DNA of 64,000 nucleotides from an uncultured Thermodesulfobacteriota bacterium (lineage in GTDB: Bacteria; Desulfobacterota; Desulfarculia; G963662305). Location of the stretch: NCBI GenBank assembly GCA_964634465.1, contig CAZWLY010000016.1, positions 7,771 through 71,770 of the forward strand, in the 5' to 3' direction. The notes beneath the pieces are model-generated. The model worked only from the letters and a program-made list of their open reading frames with translations, was not told where the DNA came from and searched no databases. Made by a program: the position numbers and the translations under genes. Below are positions 18,296-27,792 of the stretch, piece by piece (positions within the stretch are counted from its first letter, which is position 1; each line of letters begins with the position of its first letter).

Positions 18296-18777
18296 GGCTG
18301 GGCGATCCTCCGCACCTTGTCGATGAATTCGTAGAGAATGACCAGACTCAACACGCCGAAGGCGACGGCGACGATGGTGACGATGATGTGGGTCGGAAAC
18401 TCCAGGCTCATCGAGACCTCGCCGCTGGCCCTGAGCGCGGCGGCGTAAAGGAACATCTGCCAGGAGACCAGGGCGAATAGAACGAAGCTCAACAGCGAGG
18501 TGACGCTGTCAACGATGTTTTGGGTCCGAGGGCTCAAGCGGCGAATCAACAGATCGACCCCGACGTGGCCCTTTTCGACCTGGGTCAAGGGCATGGCGCA
18601 GGCCAAGACGATGGTGGCCAGGAAGGCCACGATCTCCACCGCGCCGAAGATGGGATGGCCGAAGTAGCGGGTGATGACGTCGAAACAGGTCATGACCATC
18701 ATCCCCACCAGGGCCGCGCCGCCGATCCGTCTCAAGATTCCGACCAGTCTGGTAACCAGATTGCGCCACAGGTTCAC
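18292..18777 (-). CDS. dctQ: TRAP transporter small permease
   Basis: 161 aa with four TM segments. It sits between dctP and dctM. Confidence 0.85.
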   Translation of the reverse strand: MNLWRNLVTRLVGILRRIGGAALVGMMVMTCFDVITRYFGHPIFGAVEIVAFLATIVLACAMPLTQVEKGHVGVDLLIRRLSPRTQNIVDSVTSLLSFVLFALVSWQMFLYAAALRASGEVSMSLEFPTHIIVTIVAVAFGVLSLVILYEFIDKVRRIAQP

Positions 18778-18843
18778 GGCCGAACTCCCTTGAAATGTGA
18801 GCGGAGGGGCGCAGGAGGCGCCCCTCCGTGGACTCGCCTCGGT

Positions 18844-19866
18844 CTACCGACTGAACTCGGCCAGGACCTTCTTGGTGTAAGCGACCACCTCTTTGGCCGG
18901 AATGCCCTTCTTGGAAGCGGCCTTGATGTACTCGGCGATGATCGGCTGGACCACCTCTTTCCACTTGGCCGCCTCGGTGTCGGAGAGCTCGATGAACTTG
19001 TGGCCCTTGGCCAGGAAGTACTTCCTGCCCTCTTCATCCGAGGAATCCCAGGCCGCGCCGTGCTTGGGGATCCACTCCTTGTTGATCTGGGTGATGATCT
19101 TCTTGATGTCGTCCGGCAGGGCCGCCCACTTGTCCTTGTTCATTACCACGTAGAAGGTGGTGGTGTAGGCGATGGGGTAGGACAGGGTGCAGTAGTCGAT
19201 CACCTCGGCCATCTTCCAGCCCTTGTTGACCTCGATCGGGTAGAGCGCTCCGTCCACGACGCCCTTCTGGAGCGACTGATAGAGCTCGGGCATGGGCATG
19301 GCCACCGGGGTGCCGCCCAGGGCCTTGACCACCTTGGCCGTGGTGCCGTGGGAGCGGATCTTTATGCCCTTCAGATCGGCCATCGTCCGCACGGCCTTCT
19401 TTTTGGTGTGCAGCAGGCCCGGTCCGTGGGCGTGGAGGTACATCACCTGGACGTCCGAGAACTCCTTGGGCTTGAACTTGTCGGCCACGGCGTTGGCCAC
19501 CTTGGTGGCGACCTTGCCGCTGGGGTAGCCGAGCGGGAGATCGACCGCCTCCATCAGGGGGAAGCGGCCCCTGGTGTAGGCGAACAGGCAGAAGCCGATA
19601 TCGGACAGCCCCTGGACCACGCCGTCATAGACCTGCTTGGCCTTGGTCAGGGTCTGGCCGGGATAGTACTCGATCTTGACCCGGCCGTTGGTCCGTTTCT
19701 CGACCTCCTTGCACCAGGCCTCGGCCAGCTTGGACTGGATGTGGGTCGGCGAGAAGAAGTTGGAGTAGGTCAGTTTGACCGTCCCCGCCGCCGCCGGCGT
19801 GGCGCCGCCGACCATGAAGACGACAGCCAACAGTACCGTCAAAATCCCAGCGATTTTCCTCGTCAT
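18844..19866 (-). CDS. dctP: TRAP transporter substrate-binding protein (DctP family)
   Basis: 340 aa counted from MTRKIAGILTVLLAVVFMVGGATPAAAG (signal peptide), with a GGGGAGG RBS. It has a DctP-family fold. Confidence 0.9.
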   Translation of the reverse strand: MTRKIAGILTVLLAVVFMVGGATPAAAGTVKLTYSNFFSPTHIQSKLAEAWCKEVEKRTNGRVKIEYYPGQTLTKAKQVYDGVVQGLSDIGFCLFAYTRGRFPLMEAVDLPLGYPSGKVATKVANAVADKFKPKEFSDVQVMYLHAHGPGLLHTKKKAVRTMADLKGIKIRSHGTTAKVVKALGGTPVAMPMPELYQSLQKGVVDGALYPIEVNKGWKMAEVIDYCTLSYPIAYTTTFYVVMNKDKWAALPDDIKKIITQINKEWIPKHGAAWDSSDEEGRKYFLAKGHKFIELSDTEAAKWKEVVQPIIAEYIKAASKKGIPAKEVVAYTKKVLAEFSR

Positions 19867-19935
19867 GTCTGCCTCCCCTGTTGGAACGAACAACTCCCCT
19901 CTCGCCGCCCCGCCGGGGCGACGAAACCAACGACG

Positions 19936-19981
19936 GGCGGTAGCCCCGCCTCTTTTTAAAAGACCGACCCGAGGTCGGTTC
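19936..19981. terminator. Back-to-back hairpins sharing a TTTTTAAAA tract (bidirectional intrinsic terminator) between the CarB-like gene and dctP
   Basis: GGCGG tagcc CCGCC tcTTTTTAAAAg ACCGACC cgag GGTCGGT. The minus-strand reading gives a hairpin followed by UUUU, and the plus-strand reading gives a hairpin followed by UUUUU. Confidence 0.45.
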
Positions 19982-20139
19982 GACCGCTGAAACCCAGTAT
20001 CTTAAGCCTAACCCGTGACGGCGGTAATGGGAAGGTGATTTTTCCGCCTCGTCCCGGGATCGAGCCCCTGAACGACGCCCTCGGCGGCGCGCTCGGAAGC
20101 CGGGTTCGGCCGAGTCGTCTGCGGCCCGGCGTAATCCCC

Positions 20140-23100
20140 CTAGCTTTGCCCGTGGTAGTCCTTCAGGCTCTTGACCGAACCGGAGCCGCGCCGGCGGGCG
20201 GCGACGCCCCTGGCCGCGGACAGCGCCGCGGCGGTGGTGGTGACGTAGGGCACGCGGAAGCGCACGGCCGCCTTGCGGATCTCCGAACCTTCACTGCGGC
20301 TGTACTTGCCGGTCGGGGTGTTGACCACCAGTTGTATCTCGCCGTTCTGGATAGCGTCGGCGATGTTGGGCCGGCCCTCGTGCATCTTCAGGATCATCTC
20401 GGCTTCGATCCCGTGTTCGGTCAGCTTCTCCAGGGTGCCCTTGGTGGCCTTGATGGTGAAGCCCAATTCGGCGAACTTCCGGGCCACCTCCAGGGCTCGG
20501 GGTTTGTCCTGGTCGCCGACGGTGATCAGCACCGTCCCTCTCGCCGGCAGCTCCTGGCCGGCCGCCTGCTGGGCCTTGTGGAAGGCCAGGCCGTAGCTGT
20601 CGGCCAGGCCCAGCACCGCGCCGGAGGAGCGCATCCGGGGCCCCAACACCGGATCGACCTCCGGGAACGTCTCAAAGGGGAAGACCGCCTCCTTGACTCC
20701 GAAATGGCTCAACAGCGGCCGCTTCAGCCCCAACTCGTCGAGTTTCTTGCCCAGGATGAGCTCGGCCGCTATCCGGGCCAGGGGGATGCCGGTGACCTTG
20801 CTTACCAGCGGTACGGTCCGGGTGGCCCGCGGCTTGGCCTCCAAGACGTAGACCGTTTCGTTGAGGATGGCGAACTGGACGTTTAACGGCCCGACGACGT
20901 TGAGTTCGGCGGCGATCTTTTTGGTGTACTCCTCGATGGTGTCGATGTGTTTGGGGGCGATGCCTACCGGAGGAATGACCACGGCCGAGTCGCCGGAGTG
21001 GATGCCGGCCAGCTCGATGTGCTCCATGACCGCCGGGACGAAGGCGTCCTCGCCGTCGGCGACGGCGTCCACGTCGGCCTCGATGGAGTTCTCCAGGAAC
21101 TTCTCCAGCATGACCGGCCGCTGGGGTGAAACCTCGCCCGCCCTGGCCAGGCTGTCTTTGAGCATGGCCTCGTCGTGAACGACGTCCATCACCGAGCCGG
21201 TCAGGCGCTTGGACGGCCAGACGATGACCGGGTAGCCCATCTTCTCGGCCAGGGCCAGGGCCTCGTCGAGAGAGCCGGCCGGGCCGTAGTCCGGCTGGGG
21301 CACGCCCAGCCTTTTCATCGCCGCCCGGAACCGGTCCATGTCGTCGGCCAGGTCGATGGTCTCGGGCGAGACGCCCAGAATCCTGACCCCGGCCGCGGCC
21401 AACTCGACGGCCAGGCTGAGCGCCTTCTGGCCGCCGAACTGGACGATGACCCCCTCGGGCCGCTCCCGGTCGAAGACGGCCAGAACGTCCTCCACGGTCA
21501 GCGGCTCCAGGTAGAGCCGGTCGATGGCCTCGGTTTCGGCCAGGACGGCGGCCGGGTTGGCGTTGACGGCGCTCGCCCTCCAGCCGGCCGCCTTGAGGCC
21601 CGAGGCCGCGGTGAGGGCGCAGTGATCGAAGGCGACGCCGTGGCCGATGCGGGTCGGCCCGCCGCCCAGGATCAGCGCCCGGCGCTCGCCCTCGCCCGGA
21701 AGCGGTCGGTCGGCGGCGTGGTAGGTGGAGTAGTAGCCGGCCGCCCCTTCGGACTCGCCGCTCGGGGCGGGCTCGAAGGCCGGGCCGAGCCTCGAAGCGA
21801 GCCGGCCGCGGCGGATTTCATCTTCGGATGCGCCCAGGATTTGGGCCAGGTACTTGTCGGCGAAGCCGGCCTGCTTGGCCGCTTTGAAAAGCTCCGGCGG
21901 CGGGATATGACCCTGGTGCTCGAGGATATTTTCCTCCAATTCGACCAGCTCCTTGATCTGTTCGATGAACCAGGGCTTGATATGGGTCCGGTCGTGGATG
22001 TCCTCCACCGCCCCGCCCTTTCGGAGCGCCTCGTAGATGATGAACGGCCGCTGGCTGGACGGCTCCCACAGAAGCTGCAACAGCTCATCGAGCGCCAGCC
22101 GGTGGAAGTCTTCGACGAAGCCCAGGCCCCGGCGCTCGCTCTCCAGGGCGCGGACGGCCTTCTGAAAGGCCTCCTTGAAGGTCCGGCCGAGGCCCAGCGC
22201 CTCGCCCAGGGAGCGCATCTGGGGGCCGAGCCGATCCTCGGCCTCTCCAAACTTTTCAAAGGGCCACCGCGGAATTCTGACCGCCACCGGCTTGTCGGGC
22301 GGGTTGAATCGGTCCAGCCCGCCCCCCCGATAGGGAATCTCGTCCAGGGTCAACCCGAGGGCCAACAGGGCCGAGGCTTTGGCCAGGGGGAAGCCGGTCG
22401 CCCTGGCGGTCAGGGTCGAAGACCGGGACAGGCGCGGGGTGACGTCGATGACCGCCGTCCGGTCGGTCGAGGGGTCGTGGCCGAACTGGACGTTGATGCC
22501 GCCGACTACGCCCAGCGCCTCGATGATGTCGAAGGCCTGCCGTTCGAGGCGGGCCCTCAGCTCCGGAGCGATGGTCAGCATCGGCGCGACCGTGATGGAG
22601 TCGCCGTTGTTGATCCCGACGCCGTCCACGTTTTCGAGGCCGCCGGCGACCACCTTCCGGTTCTCGACGTCGCGGACGACCTCCAGTTCCAACTCCGTCC
22701 AGCCCAGGGCCGATTCCTGGACCAGAACCTGGCCGATCGGGCTGGCCTTGAGCCCCCGATCGGCGACGAGCCTGAGCTCTTCGGTGTTGTAGACCAGCCC
22801 GCCGCCGAGGCCGCCGAAGGTGGCGGCCGGGCGGATGACCACCGGGAAGCCCAGCCGCCCGGCGATCGCCTCCGCCTCGGCCAGACTGGTCGCCGCCTCG
22901 CCGGGGATGAGTTCGAGTCCCAGCTCGCCCAGGATTGTCTTGAGCCGGAGGCGGTCCTCGGCGGCCTCGATGGCCGCCCGGCCGGCGCCCAGAAGCTCGA
23001 CGCCGAACTCGTCGAGAACCCCGGACCGGGCCAGCTCCCAGGCCAGGTTGAGCCCGGTCTGGCCGCCCAGGTTGGGCAGCAGACCGTCGGGCCGCTCCGC

Positions 23101-23337
23101 CTCGATGATCCCCGTCAGCGCCTCGACGGTCAGCGGTTCCAGGTAGGCGGCGTCGGCCAGGTCTGGATCGGTGAGCGTGGTCGCCGGGTCGGAATCGACC
23201 GCGACCACCCGGCAGCCCGCCTCCTTGAGAGCCGTCACGGCCCGCCGGCCCAAAGAGTCGTACTCGGCTCCCTGGCCGGGCAGGACCGGCCCCGAGCCGA
23301 TGATCATCACCTTTTCGATGTCGTCCCGTTTGGGCAT
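20140..23337 (-). CDS. carB: Carbamoyl-phosphate synthase large-subunit homolog (divergent CarB paralog; two ATP-grasp halves plus an MGS-like C-terminal domain)
   Basis: 1065 aa, collinear with CarB throughout: MPKRDDIEKVMIIGSGP, NVQF motifs in both halves, and an MGS-like tail. A GGGAGGGG RBS precedes it. No carA lies next to it. Several motifs differ from canonical CarB (see findings). Confidence 0.85.
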   Translation of the reverse strand: MPKRDDIEKVMIIGSGPVLPGQGAEYDSLGRRAVTALKEAGCRVVAVDSDPATTLTDPDLADAAYLEPLTVEALTGIIEAERPDGLLPNLGGQTGLNLAWELARSGVLDEFGVELLGAGRAAIEAAEDRLRLKTILGELGLELIPGEAATSLAEAEAIAGRLGFPVVIRPAATFGGLGGGLVYNTEELRLVADRGLKASPIGQVLVQESALGWTELELEVVRDVENRKVVAGGLENVDGVGINNGDSITVAPMLTIAPELRARLERQAFDIIEALGVVGGINVQFGHDPSTDRTAVIDVTPRLSRSSTLTARATGFPLAKASALLALGLTLDEIPYRGGGLDRFNPPDKPVAVRIPRWPFEKFGEAEDRLGPQMRSLGEALGLGRTFKEAFQKAVRALESERRGLGFVEDFHRLALDELLQLLWEPSSQRPFIIYEALRKGGAVEDIHDRTHIKPWFIEQIKELVELEENILEHQGHIPPPELFKAAKQAGFADKYLAQILGASEDEIRRGRLASRLGPAFEPAPSGESEGAAGYYSTYHAADRPLPGEGERRALILGGGPTRIGHGVAFDHCALTAASGLKAAGWRASAVNANPAAVLAETEAIDRLYLEPLTVEDVLAVFDRERPEGVIVQFGGQKALSLAVELAAAGVRILGVSPETIDLADDMDRFRAAMKRLGVPQPDYGPAGSLDEALALAEKMGYPVIVWPSKRLTGSVMDVVHDEAMLKDSLARAGEVSPQRPVMLEKFLENSIEADVDAVADGEDAFVPAVMEHIELAGIHSGDSAVVIPPVGIAPKHIDTIEEYTKKIAAELNVVGPLNVQFAILNETVYVLEAKPRATRTVPLVSKVTGIPLARIAAELILGKKLDELGLKRPLLSHFGVKEAVFPFETFPEVDPVLGPRMRSSGAVLGLADSYGLAFHKAQQAAGQELPARGTVLITVGDQDKPRALEVARKFAELGFTIKATKGTLEKLTEHGIEAEMILKMHEGRPNIADAIQNGEIQLVVNTPTGKYSRSEGSEIRKAAVRFRVPYVTTTAAALSAARGVAARRRGSGSVKSLKDYHGQS

Positions 23338-23691
23338 TTCGCCCCTCCCTGATCGGGCCGGCGGCGTTCGAAGCGGCGAGCAGGGGACCGGTCCCGGCGG
23401 CGGTCGGTCGGGCCGCGATCGGCGCGGTCGCCGGCTGGTAGAGGCTAGCAGCTTAGCCCCTTAACCGCGGCGAATCAAGCCCCGTCTCGCCGGTCTCGAT
23501 ATCGCCGGCTAAACGACAGACGGCGGCGAGTCTTCGCTCGCGGCCGGCCGCGTCGGGAGGGATGGACCGGCGCCCGGTCGTTTACGGGGATAAAGATTTC
23601 CCGGCCGACGGGCAGACCGCTGGGGGCTTTGAGCCGGGTTGTGGAGACTCGCTTCCTGGGCGCAAATCAAGCGGGCGCCGGATTCACTCCC

Positions 23692-24723
23692 CTACATCCC
23701 CTTGCCGAAGGCGCAGGCCGGGTAGGTGCACCTCTCGCAATCGCGGCACAGCCCGCCGTGGCCCAGCAGGGCCAGCTCGGCCTTGCCCACCCGCTCGCCG
23801 GCCAGCACCCGGGGCAGGATGAGGTCCAATACGGTGATCCGGTAGTACATGCCGCAGGCCGGCACGCCCAACACGGGCACCTCGCCGATGTAGGCGGCCA
23901 GGAACATCGCCCCCGGCAAGACGGCCGACCCGTAGTGCATCTCCTCGGCCCCGGCCAGGCGGACGCCCTGCCGGGTGACGTCGTCGGGATCGACGCTCAT
24001 CCCGCCCGAGATGAGAATCAGATCGCAGCCGGCGGCCAGGTGCTCGGTGATGGCCCGGGCGATGACCTCGGCCTCGTCCGGGGCGAAGGTGACGGCGTGG
24101 ACCCGGCCGTGGTGCTTCTCCACCTTGGCCGAAAGCACCGGGGCGAACTTGTCTTCGATCAGGCCGTGGTAGACCTCGTTGCCGGTGATCACCAGCCCGA
24201 CCTTGGCCCGTTTGAGCGGTTTGACCTCGATGACCGAGCCGGCCTCCCGGGCGATGGCCACCGCCCGCTCGATGGGGGCCCGGTCCATGACCAGGGGAAT
24301 GGCCCTCGTCGCCGCCACCAACTCGCCCTTCTCGACCAGGGTGTTGTTGTGGAGCGTGGCGCACATCACCTCATCGACCATGTTGAAGGCGGCCAGGGCC
24401 GAGACGTCGACCTTCAACAGGCCGTCCAGGGCCGCGTGGAGGCTGATCTTTCCCTCGTGGGGCTCGGGCCGCCAGTCGATTCCTTGGCCGGCCAGGGCTT
24501 CGGCCAGAATGACGGCGGCGTCGTTTTCGTGGATCTGGCCCTGCTCGATATCGAGCACGTAGAGGTGATTCTTGCCCAGCTTCTGGAGGTGGCACAGATC
24601 CTCGTTGCAGACGGTGTGGCCCTTCTTGAAGGCGGCGCCCTTGAACTCGCCGGGTCGAATCTCGGTGATGTCGTGGGCCAGCTTGGTCCCGACGGCGTCT
24701 TCCAGACGGATTACCTTGGTCAT
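23692..24723 (-). CDS. Molybdopterin-binding (MoCF-biosynthesis MogA/MoeA-type) domain protein with a C-terminal Cys-rich tail
   Basis: 343 aa. The MoCF_biosynth-like core reads GLVITGNEVYHGLIEDKF...LILISGGMSVDPDDVT. The C-terminus carries CRDCERCTYPAC. Confidence 0.7.
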   Translation of the reverse strand: MTKVIRLEDAVGTKLAHDITEIRPGEFKGAAFKKGHTVCNEDLCHLQKLGKNHLYVLDIEQGQIHENDAAVILAEALAGQGIDWRPEPHEGKISLHAALDGLLKVDVSALAAFNMVDEVMCATLHNNTLVEKGELVAATRAIPLVMDRAPIERAVAIAREAGSVIEVKPLKRAKVGLVITGNEVYHGLIEDKFAPVLSAKVEKHHGRVHAVTFAPDEAEVIARAITEHLAAGCDLILISGGMSVDPDDVTRQGVRLAGAEEMHYGSAVLPGAMFLAAYIGEVPVLGVPACGMYYRITVLDLILPRVLAGERVGKAELALLGHGGLCRDCERCTYPACAFGKGM

Positions 24724-24745
24724 CGATCTCCTCCAACTCGACCGT

Positions 24746-25408
24746 TCAGCGGCTCAGATTGAGTCGTCGGCCGCCGACGTCGGTATCGACGCCGGCCTCG
24801 GCGTTGAGGTCGCCGACCTCTCGAATGGGGCGAAAGTAGGCCTGGCCGGCGCAGGGCCGGCACAGGGGCTTGCCGTCGACGATCACCTCCCGGTCGTCCC
24901 GGACCACCTGGCCGCATTCGGCGCAGGCGACCTTTTTGCGGGTCGGGCCGGGCAGGTCGAACTCGCTCAACTCGACGGCGACCTCCTGGACCCTGAACAG
25001 GACGCTGTCCGGCATGCGCTTGTAGGCCGTAAGCTGTTGTTCCCGCTTGCCGGCCACCTCCGGAGCGTAGACGGCGCATAGTTCCCGGGCCTCCTCGGTG
25101 GAGACGACCCGGAAGGCACTGCCCGTCTCGAGGTTGACGAAGGTGGCGGCCATGATGCCGAAGTCTTTGTACTTCAACGATCGGCGGCCCAGTCTCGCCC
25201 CGGTGGTGTGGGCCACCGCGTCGGCGGTGCAGCGGTCCATTTCGACGAACACGATCAGCTTCTTGATGTCCGGACCGTCGCAGGGCACCTCGAGACCGAT
25301 CAACCGGCCGCCCAGCATGGCCATGCGCACCCCGACCACCTGACCGGGGCAGAGGTGACCGTGGGCCGCAACCGAGGAGGCGAGTAGTTCGTCGAAGGTC
25401 TTGCTCAT
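24746..25408 (-). CDS. FmdE/FwdE-family protein with a C-terminal C4 zinc-ribbon
   Basis: 220 aa counted from MSKTFDELLASSVAAHGHLCPGQVVGVRMAM (FmdE signature). The C-terminus has CAECG...CRPC. It is 22 bp upstream of the MoCF-domain gene. Confidence 0.8.
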   Translation of the reverse strand: MSKTFDELLASSVAAHGHLCPGQVVGVRMAMLGGRLIGLEVPCDGPDIKKLIVFVEMDRCTADAVAHTTGARLGRRSLKYKDFGIMAATFVNLETGSAFRVVSTEEARELCAVYAPEVAGKREQQLTAYKRMPDSVLFRVQEVAVELSEFDLPGPTRKKVACAECGQVVRDDREVIVDGKPLCRPCAGQAYFRPIREVGDLNAEAGVDTDVGGRRLNLSR

Positions 25409-25469
25409 GCCGGCTTCCTTTCCGGCCTCAACCGGCCTGACCGAGCCGGCATGGGGCGGGCGAGGTTGT

Positions 25470-25485
25470 ATGCTAATATTAACAT
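25470..25485 (-). promoter_or_regulatory. AT-rich near-palindrome ATGCTAATATTAACAT upstream of the FmdE-like gene (candidate operator overlapping the -10)
   Basis: A 16-bp imperfect inverted repeat (14 of 16 positions symmetric) in an otherwise GC-rich region, about 60 bp upstream of the FmdE-like start. It contains TAATAT or TATTAG -10-like hexamers on the minus strand. Confidence 0.3.
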
Positions 25486-25805
25486 AAACCCGCCTGAAAT
25501 AAAGTCCCTTGAGGCCGAAAACTACAGCCCTGGCCGGGATGGTGTCTTTGTGGCAGCGACGAGGGGCGGCAGGGAGCGCCCGATCGGGTCGCCCGTCCTT
25601 CCCGGCCCGGGGTTGGCTGGAGTCGAACGTCTCCTTGAGAGACGGCGGCTTGTCCCTGATACCCGCGACCGCGGCCGGTCTGGTCGTCTCGCCGGCCGCC
25701 GCCTCGGTCTCCAACTGCGACGGCCGCCGGAAGCATCGGCTTCGAGCGGCCGTCGATCCATAATTTTGTCGGGGCGCGCTTTGCCGCCCCGGCCCGCCGG
25801 TTCGA

Positions 25806-26912
25806 TTAGAAGTCCACCTCGGCGCAGGGCATGTTGAAGGCCTCGGCCACGGCCGGATAGGTCACCTGGCCGTCGAAAAGGTTGAGGCCTTTTCTCAGGG
25901 CCTCGTCCTCGGCCATGGCCTTCTCCAAACCCTTGTTGGCGATGGCCAGACCGTAGGTCAGGGTGACGTTGGTCAGGGCGATGGTCGAGGTCCTGGGCAC
26001 TGCGCCGGGCATGTTGGCCACGCAGTAGTGAACCACCCCCTCCTCGATGTAGGTCGGCTCCTCGTGGGTGGTCGGCCGGGTCGTCTCGGCGCAGCCGCCC
26101 TGATCGACGGCGATGTCGACGATGGCCGAGCCGGGCATCATCCGCTTGACCAGGTCCCGGGTGATCAGCTTGGGCGCCTTGGCGCCGGGAATCAGGACCG
26201 AGCCGATGACCAGATGACTCTTGAGGCACTCCTCTTCGATGTTGGCCGGGTTGCTCATGATCGTCACCAAGTTACGGCCCATGATGTCCTCGATGTAGCG
26301 CAGTCGGGCCGGGCTGACGTCCAGGATCGTCACCTGGGCGCCGAGGCCGACGGCCACCACCGCCGCCGACAACCCGGCCACGCCGCCGCCGATGACCGTC
26401 ACCCTGGCCGGACGCACGCCCGAGACGCCGGAGAGCAGGATGCCCATCCCGCCGTTCTTGGCCTCCAGGCAGTAGGCCCCCATCTGGATCGACAGCCGGC
26501 CGGCCACCTCGCTCATCGGGGCCAGCAGCGGCAGGGTGCCGTCCGAGGGCTGGACCGTCTCGTAGGCCACACCGGTTATCTTGCGCTCCAGGAGCTTCTC
26601 GGTCAGCTCCCTGTCGGCGGCCAGGTGGAGGTAAGTATAGAGAATCTGGCCCGGCTTCATCCGGTCGAACTCCGGGCCGATCGGCTCCTTGACCTTGACG
26701 ATCATCTCCGCCTCGGCCCAGACGTCGTCGGCCGAATCCAGAATCTTCGCCCCGGCGGCGGCGTAGAGCTCGTCCGGGAAGCTCGACCCGGCCCCGGCTC
26801 CGGTCTCGACGAACACCTGGTGGCCGTTGTCGGTAAACGCCTTCACTCCGGCCGGTGTGGCCGCCACCCGTCGCTCGGCCGGCTTGATCTCCTTGGGCAC
26901 CCCGATCTTCAT
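25806..26912 (-). CDS. ald: Alanine dehydrogenase
   Basis: 368 aa counted from [22 protein letters not shown], with a GGAGGAG RBS. It has a Rossmann motif [10 protein letters not shown] and the Ald/PntA family fold. Confidence 0.85.
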   Translation of the reverse strand: MKIGVPKEIKPAERRVAATPAGVKAFTDNGHQVFVETGAGAGSSFPDELYAAAGAKILDSADDVWAEAEMIVKVKEPIGPEFDRMKPGQILYTYLHLAADRELTEKLLERKITGVAYETVQPSDGTLPLLAPMSEVAGRLSIQMGAYCLEAKNGGMGILLSGVSGVRPARVTVIGGGVAGLSAAVVAVGLGAQVTILDVSPARLRYIEDIMGRNLVTIMSNPANIEEECLKSHLVIGSVLIPGAKAPKLITRDLVKRMMPGSAIVDIAVDQGGCAETTRPTTHEEPTYIEEGVVHYCVANMPGAVPRTSTIALTNVTLTYGLAIANKGLEKAMAEDEALRKGLNLFDGQVTYPAVAEAFNMPCAEVDF

Positions 26913-27018
26913 GTCTCCTCCAAAATAAATATAGTCGAGTTGTGAACGCGGGCCGCGGGCTTGAAGAGCAAACTCGGCGGCCGCTCGAAGGTTGTCTTCA
27001 ATCGCCAACCGTCGATGA

Positions 27019-27765
27019 TCATCTATCATCCGCCCCATTGACAAAGGACTGCCAGGGGAAAAGCCGCTCCTGGTCGGCATGGGCTTCCATGGCCCGGTCG
27101 ATGGCGGCCGGGTCCTTGGTCTTGATCGCCGCGAGCAACTCCCGGTTGGACTCCAGCAGCCGGGCCGGCCCGTCGGGAAACAGTTTGTCCAGCACCGGCA
27201 GGTAGCCCTTGAGCAAGATGTCCTGGAACATGTTCCAGATGATGTAGAAGATGCTGTTGCGGGTGGCCAGGGCCAGTTGCTTGTGAAACTCCGAGGCCAG
27301 GGGGAAGTAGGCGTAGATGTCGTCTCCGCAGGCTTCCATCTCTTTGATCAAGTCTTCGAGGCGATCCAGCTCGTCCTGGGTGGCGTTCATCGCCGCCGAG
27401 TGGGCGATGCCGATCTCGACGTACTTTCTGACTTCCCACAGGTCCTGGATGGTTTGGTCATCGACCCTTATCAGCCAAGCCAACTGCTCGCGAACCGCCT
27501 CCAGATATTGGGTCAGATCGGCGTCCCTGATCGTCGAACCCTTGACCCCGGTCCCGATGTCGATCAGGCCCATGATGCTCAAGATTCGAAGCGCTTCGCG
27601 GATGGTCGGCCGACCGACGCCGAACATCTGGCACAGCTCCCGCTCCGAGGGCAGGCTGTCGCCCGGTTGGAGCAAGCCGTCGAAGATGGCTTGTTTGATC
27701 TGGTCGGCCACCTCCTCATAGAGCCGGGCCCGCTTAACTTGCTTGAATGGCAGGTTTTTAGCCAT
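27019..27765 (-). CDS. GntR-family transcriptional regulator (FadR/FCD subfamily)
   Basis: 248 aa. The N-terminal wHTH reads ERELCQMFGVGRPTIREALRIL and an FCD-type C-terminal domain follows. Confidence 0.85.
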   Translation of the reverse strand: MAKNLPFKQVKRARLYEEVADQIKQAIFDGLLQPGDSLPSERELCQMFGVGRPTIREALRILSIMGLIDIGTGVKGSTIRDADLTQYLEAVREQLAWLIRVDDQTIQDLWEVRKYVEIGIAHSAAMNATQDELDRLEDLIKEMEACGDDIYAYFPLASEFHKQLALATRNSIFYIIWNMFQDILLKGYLPVLDKLFPDGPARLLESNRELLAAIKTKDPAAIDRAMEAHADQERLFPWQSFVNGADDR

Positions 27766-27792
27766 CGCGCCCTCTTTCCGTCGTCGGCCGTC

